Shown here piece after piece: positions 59,635 to 64,000 of a stretch of DNA of 64,000 nt. Source of the DNA: Gemmatimonadales bacterium (lineage in GTDB: Bacteria; Gemmatimonadota; Gemmatimonadetes; Gemmatimonadales; GWC2-71-9); the NCBI GenBank assembly GCA_041613315.1, contig JBFJHJ010000003.1, positions 32,001 to 96,000 on the forward strand. Reading direction: 5' to 3'. The notes below the pieces were generated by a model. It was not told where the DNA came from. It did not search any database and worked only from the letters and a program-made list of their open reading frames with translations. The position numbers were made by a program, and so were the translations under genes. Position 1 is the first letter of the stretch. Each line of letters opens with the position of its first letter.

Positions 59635-61009
59635 CGGCGATCCGCTCGCCGGGCGCTCGACGCCGTGGAGTGAGGACGCCGAGCAGGCCGTGCTCGGGGC
59701 CATGCTGCTCGACGCCGACGCCGCGCTGAAGGCGGTGGAGTTGTTGGACGACGTCGCGTTCTATCGCGATGCCCATCGGCGCATCTTCCGCGCCATGGTG
59801 CAACTCGTGGAGCGGCACGACGTTGTGGATCCCGTCATGCTGCGGGACGAGCTGGCGCGGACCGGCGATCTCGAAGCGGCGGGGGGCACCGACGCCATCG
59901 CCGAGCTGCTGGACGTCGTGCCGACCGCCGCGAACATCGAGTACCACGGTCGGATCGTCAAAGAGAAAGCGCTGCGGCGGCGCCTCATCGATGTGGGCAC
60001 CGGGATCGTGCAGACGGCCTACGAGAGCCCGCAGGAGATCGGGTCGCTACTCGACGAGGCGGAGCAACGGATCTTCGAAGTCTCCTTCCAGCGCGGTACC
60101 GAAGAGGTCGTCCGCATCAAAGAACTCATGTGGAAGACGATGGAGCGCATTGAAGCGCGCCATCGCGGCGACGAATCGGTACGCGGGGTGCAGTCGGGGT
60201 TCACAGATTTGGACGCGAAGACCGATGGCTTCCAGCGCAGCGACCTGATCATCGTGGCGGCGCGACCCTCGATGGGGAAGACCTCGTTCTGCCTCAATGT
60301 GGCGGCGAATGCCGCGCTGGAACATCAGGTCCCGACGGCCGTCTTCTCCTTGGAAATGTCGCGCGAGCAGCTCGTGGAACGCTTGCTCGCCGCAGAGGCG
60401 TTCGTGGATCTCTCACGCCTGCGCAGCGGACGCTTGCGAGACGACGACTATCCCAAGATCTCACGCGCGGCGGGGCTGCTGGGGACGGCGCCGATCTGGA
60501 TTGACGACACCCCCGCCCTCACGCTGCTCGAGCTCCGATCCAAAGCAAGACGACTCAAGGCGGAGCACCACATCGGCATCTACGTCGTGGACTACCTCCA
60601 GCTGCTACGCGGGCCCGCGCGGACCGAGAATCGGCAGGAAGAGATCAGCTTCATCTCGCGCTCGTTGAAGGCCCTGGCGCGGGAGCTCGAGACACCCGTC
60701 GTCGCGCTCTCGCAGCTCTCCCGCGCTCCCGAGCAACGCGGCGGCGACCGGCGCCCGGTGCTCTCCGACCTGCGCGACTCGGGAGCCATCGAGCAAGACG
60801 CGGACCTCGTGATGTTCATCTACCGCGCGGAGATGTATCCGTCGCTGCTGGAACGGGGCGGCGACCACGTCCAGGAGGGCACAGCGGAGCTGATGCTGGC
60901 CAAGCACCGCAACGGTCCTACCGGAACGATCAAGCTGGCGTTCCACAAGCAGTACACCCGGTTCGACAACTACACGGATCGCGAGCCTGAGGGGGCGGGT
61001 GGCCCGTAA
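59597..61009 (+). CDS. dnaB: Replicative DNA helicase
   Basis: AEQAVLGAML, AARPSMGKT, FSLEM, VDYLQL, LSQLSR, DLRDSGAIEQDAD. Confidence 0.97.
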   Translation: MTSVSHASSSISSGDPLAGRSTPWSEDAEQAVLGAMLLDADAALKAVELLDDVAFYRDAHRRIFRAMVQLVERHDVVDPVMLRDELARTGDLEAAGGTDAIAELLDVVPTAANIEYHGRIVKEKALRRRLIDVGTGIVQTAYESPQEIGSLLDEAEQRIFEVSFQRGTEEVVRIKELMWKTMERIEARHRGDESVRGVQSGFTDLDAKTDGFQRSDLIIVAARPSMGKTSFCLNVAANAALEHQVPTAVFSLEMSREQLVERLLAAEAFVDLSRLRSGRLRDDDYPKISRAAGLLGTAPIWIDDTPALTLLELRSKARRLKAEHHIGIYVVDYLQLLRGPARTENRQEEISFISRSLKALARELETPVVALSQLSRAPEQRGGDRRPVLSDLRDSGAIEQDADLVMFIYRAEMYPSLLERGGDHVQEGTAELMLAKHRNGPTGTIKLAFHKQYTRFDNYTDREPEGAGGP

Positions 61010-62354
61010 ACCCCGCTCCGTGTACCGCTGTGCCGATTGCGGGGCCGAGCACCCGAAGTGGGCCGGCCGCTGCGACGCGTGTGGGGCGTGGAACACGCTG
61101 GTGGAAGAACCGCTGGGCCGGACAGGCGGTCCGGTGGGGCGAGCCGGCGAGCCGACCGATCGACCGCCCGTTCGCCTTTCCGACATACCGGGGACGGGCT
61201 TGGCGCGGTGGACCACCGGCCTGGACGAGTTCGATTTCGTCACGGGCGGTGGACTCGTCCCGGGGTCGGTGACGCTGGTGGGCGGCGAGCCCGGCATCGG
61301 CAAGTCCACGCTGCTCCTTCAATGCGCCGCCCGCCTGCAGGCGAGCGGCGTCCCCGCGCTCTACGTGTCCGGCGAAGAGTCGGTCGAACAGCTGCGGCTC
61401 CGAGCGGACCGCCTGCCCGAGGATGCGGGGAAACTGCACGTGCTCGCTGAGGTGCGCCTCGAGGCGGTCACGGCGGCGGCGACCGCGGTAGGGGCTCGCG
61501 TCGTCGTCGTGGACTCCATCCAGACGACCTACACCGAGACGCTGGAAGGCGCGCCCGGGAACGTCGGTCAGGTGCGGGAGTGCGCCGCACGGCTGCTGCG
61601 CCTCGCCAAGGAAACCGGTGCCGCGGTCGTGCTCGTGGGCCATGTGACGCGGGGCGGCGTCATTGCCGGCCCCAAGACGCTCGAACATGTCGTGGACACG
61701 GTCCTGTACTTCGAGGGCGAAGCGAGCGGCGACTTCCGCATCCTGCGGGCCGTGAAGAATCGCTTCGGGTCCGTGGCTGAGGTGGGTGTGTTTGCCATGA
61801 CGCCGAACGGCCTGGTCCCGGTCCCCAACCCGTCCGCGGCGTTCCTGGCCGGCCGCAGCGCCGAGAGTCCGGGCTCGGCGGTGACCGCTCTCATGGAGGG
61901 GACCCGGCCGGTGCTCGTCGAGATCCAGGCGCTGGCCGCCAAGAGTGGGTACGGCACGCCCCAGCGCGTCGCGACCGGACTGGATCACCGGCGGCTCGCG
62001 GTACTGCTCGCGGTCCTCGAGCGCCGCGCGGGCACGCCGTTTACTGACCTCGACGTCTTCGTCAACGTCACCGGCGGCGTGCGCCTCTCCGAGCCGGCGT
62101 CGGACCTCGCGGTCGTGGCTGCCCTGTGTTCCAGCGTTCGCGACCGTCCGGTCCCAAGCGATGCGCTCTTCCTCGGCGAGATCGGCTTGGGAGGGGAGGT
62201 GCGACCCGTCGGGAGCGTCGATCGTCGGCTCACCGAAGCCGATCGCCTCGGCTTTCGCACCGCGTATCTCTCCGCGAGGAGCCGGGTCAGTGCCTCCGTG
62301 ACCACCGTTCCCATCTCGCATGTCGCGGAGCTCGCCCGTCGGATCGCCGCCTGA
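60999..62354 (+). CDS. radA: DNA repair protein RadA/Sms
   Basis: CADC/CDAC zinc finger, GEPGIGKST, KNRFG, GEIGLGGE. Confidence 0.96.
   Translation: MARKPRSVYRCADCGAEHPKWAGRCDACGAWNTLVEEPLGRTGGPVGRAGEPTDRPPVRLSDIPGTGLARWTTGLDEFDFVTGGGLVPGSVTLVGGEPGIGKSTLLLQCAARLQASGVPALYVSGEESVEQLRLRADRLPEDAGKLHVLAEVRLEAVTAAATAVGARVVVVDSIQTTYTETLEGAPGNVGQVRECAARLLRLAKETGAAVVLVGHVTRGGVIAGPKTLEHVVDTVLYFEGEASGDFRILRAVKNRFGSVAEVGVFAMTPNGLVPVPNPSAAFLAGRSAESPGSAVTALMEGTRPVLVEIQALAAKSGYGTPQRVATGLDHRRLAVLLAVLERRAGTPFTDLDVFVNVTGGVRLSEPASDLAVVAALCSSVRDRPVPSDALFLGEIGLGGEVRPVGSVDRRLTEADRLGFRTAYLSARSRVSASVTTVPISHVAELARRIAA
61117..61184 (+). repeat. Head-to-head degenerate octamer arrays in the radA linker
   Basis: GCCGGACA GGCGGTCC GGTGGGGC ... 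CGACCGAT CGACCGCC CGTTCGCC TTTCCGAC. Confidence 0.55.
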
Positions 62355-63027
62355 CGTCGGCGTCCTGCTCCCGGCGGCGGGGCTTGGAGAGCGCGCGGGG
62401 GGCGGGACGCGCAAGCAGTTCCGTCCCGTCGCCGGCGTACCGTTGCTCCTGCGGAGCCTCCAACTCTTTGCCGGCCATCCGCGGGTGGCGGCCATCGTCG
62501 TGGCGCTCCCGCCCGCGGATGCCGAGCGACCTCCTCCCTGGTTGGCCGACGTCGCTGGCCCGCGCCTCCGCGTGGTGGCCGGCGGTGCAACGCGCGCCGC
62601 CTCGGTCGGTGCCGCGCTGGCCGCTCTGGACCCCGCTTGCCACATCGTGCTCGTGCACGACGCCGCACGCCCCTTCGTCGCCCGAGAAACGGTGGATGCC
62701 GTGATCGCGGCCGCGGCGCGGGGCGTTGGAGCGGTCGCGGCCGTACCCGTCTCGGACACGCTCAAACGCGCGCGCGGCGATGCTCGAGTGGTGGAAACCG
62801 TCGACCGCGCGGGCCTGTGGCGAGCCCAGACGCCCCAGGGCTTTCCGCGCCGAGTGTTGGAGGAGGCATACCGTCGGGCCGGAGCCAGTGCGCTCGAGGC
62901 CACCGACGACGCATTCCTGGTGGAAGCAGCCGGCCACCCCGTGGAGCTCGTCCTCGATACGAGCGACAATATCAAGATCACGACACCGGAGGACTTTGTG
63001 CTCGCCGAGGCCCTCGCGAACCGATGA
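62320..63027 (+). CDS. ispD: 2-C-methyl-D-erythritol 4-phosphate cytidylyltransferase
   Basis: PAAGLGER, KQF, VHDAARP, DTLK, AQTPQGF, NIKITT. Confidence 0.93.
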   Translation: MSRSSPVGSPPDVGVLLPAAGLGERAGGGTRKQFRPVAGVPLLLRSLQLFAGHPRVAAIVVALPPADAERPPPWLADVAGPRLRVVAGGATRAASVGAALAALDPACHIVLVHDAARPFVARETVDAVIAAAARGVGAVAAVPVSDTLKRARGDARVVETVDRAGLWRAQTPQGFPRRVLEEAYRRAGASALEATDDAFLVEAAGHPVELVLDTSDNIKITTPEDFVLAEALANR

Positions 63028-63677
63028 CCGTCCTGCCGTTCCGGGACAGCGGGGACGTCGAACGCGCCATCCCGATCGTGCGGGCGCACCTCGCGCGCGA
63101 AGGGGTGCTCGCGTATCCGACGGAGACCGTCTACGGGTTGGGATGCCGGCCCCGCGCGTCCGATGTCGCGGTGCTCGCCCGTCTCAAGGGGCGGCGCACC
63201 GACAAGCCGTTTCTTCTGCTCGTCTCGGGGCGCGACATGGCCGAGGCCCACGGCCTCGTCTTGACCCCCGCCGCCAAGACGCTGGCCGACCATTTTTGGC
63301 CGGGACCGCTGACGCTGGTCCTCGCCGGCGGCGAAGGACGGCTTCCCGACGCACTGCGGGGTCCGGAGGGCGGGATCGCTGTCCGCTGGACCTCGCATGC
63401 CGGCATCGCCCGTCTCGTCGCGGCGCTCGGAGCGCCCATCACCTCCACGTCGGCGAACCGGCCGGGCGGTCCGACCGCGCCGGGGGTGGGCGCGATCCTC
63501 GAGACTTTCGGGGAGGCCGTGCGGGCGGGAACCCTCGTGATCCTGGACGGCGGTGTGCTCGGCAACGTGCCCCCGTCGACGGTCGTGGACTGCACGGGAG
63601 CGCTCCCACGACTCGTGCGCGAGGGGGCGATCCCGAGGAATGAGCTACGCGCGTCCGCCGGGAGTTTCGCCCCGTGA
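63024..63677 (+). CDS. tsaC: L-threonylcarbamoyladenylate synthase (TsaC/YrdC)
   Basis: YPTETVYGL, KGR, FWPGPLT, STSAN, PSTVVD. Confidence 0.92.
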   Translation: MTVLPFRDSGDVERAIPIVRAHLAREGVLAYPTETVYGLGCRPRASDVAVLARLKGRRTDKPFLLLVSGRDMAEAHGLVLTPAAKTLADHFWPGPLTLVLAGGEGRLPDALRGPEGGIAVRWTSHAGIARLVAALGAPITSTSANRPGGPTAPGVGAILETFGEAVRAGTLVILDGGVLGNVPPSTVVDCTGALPRLVREGAIPRNELRASAGSFAP

Positions 63678-64000
63678 CGCGTGTGCTCCTCGTGTGTACG
63701 GGCAACATCTGCCGGAGCCCGCTGGCGGAGGCAGTGATGCGGCGGGAGTTGAAGGACCGGGGGATCAGCGACGTCGCGGTGACGTCGGCAGGCACCGGGG
63801 CCTGGGATGGAGCGCCGGCGTCCGAGGGCGCCTATCTCGTCGCCCTGGAGCACGGGCTCGACCTCTCGAGCCACCGGGCGCGCCTCCTCACGCGCGACAC
63901 GGTCCGCGACGCCGATGTGATCCTCACCATGGCGCGGCACCATCGCGCCCGCGTCGACGAGCTCGGTGGACTGGGCTACACGTATGTGCTCGGGGAGTAC
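63674..64000 (+). CDS. Low-molecular-weight protein tyrosine/arginine phosphatase, 3' partial
   Basis: VLLVCTGNICRSPLAE, SAGT; runs off the window end. Confidence 0.9.
   Translation, partial: MTRVLLVCTGNICRSPLAEAVMRRELKDRGISDVAVTSAGTGAWDGAPASEGAYLVALEHGLDLSSHRARLLTRDTVRDADVILTMARHHRARVDELGGLGYTYVLGEY

Noticed and set aside
60930..63398. Long antisense or alternative-frame ORFs (also 1172-3031, 27549-29477, 47089-49221, 53859-55844)
   Set aside because: Shadow ORFs of well-supported genes; stop codons are scarce in high-GC DNA and the translations have no motifs
1..64000. CRISPR arrays, IS elements, prophage or defence systems
   Set aside because: No repeat-spacer periodicity and no transposase, phage or recognisable defence genes seen

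Overview
High-GC bacterial chromosomal window. Gene content and style suggest Gemmatimonadota (inference, no database search run). In order: an eRF1-like gene, then an acyl-CoA catabolism block (B12-binding domain, carboxyltransferase, split AtuA, crotonase) containing a TPPII-like S8 lipoprotein; recQ; an AT-rich intergenic region with a sigma54-like promoter and a candidate ~120-nt structured ncRNA; a thioredoxin-NHL gene whose redox Cys codon is an in-frame UGA followed by a SECIS-like hairpin (probable selenoprotein, N-terminus missed by the ORF track); nfeD-floA; rng/rne-rplU-rpmA; a long minus-strand aromatic-CoA operon built around a short BoxB-like diiron epoxidase, under a TetR with a PaaR-type operator; an ECF sigma/anti-sigma pair; tRNA-Leu(CAA); a flagellar-type regulatory cassette (FlgM-like, sigma54 activator, FlhG/FleN, FliA) with matching cis sites but no flagellar structural genes in the window, next to several histidine kinases; and a housekeeping run (icd, pepA, yicC, gmk, rpoZ, coaBC, udg, dnaB, radA, ispD, tsaC, LMW-PTP). 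Short GGCGGNCR octamer arrays sit in-frame in several protein linkers. No CRISPR array, integrase or transposase was seen.
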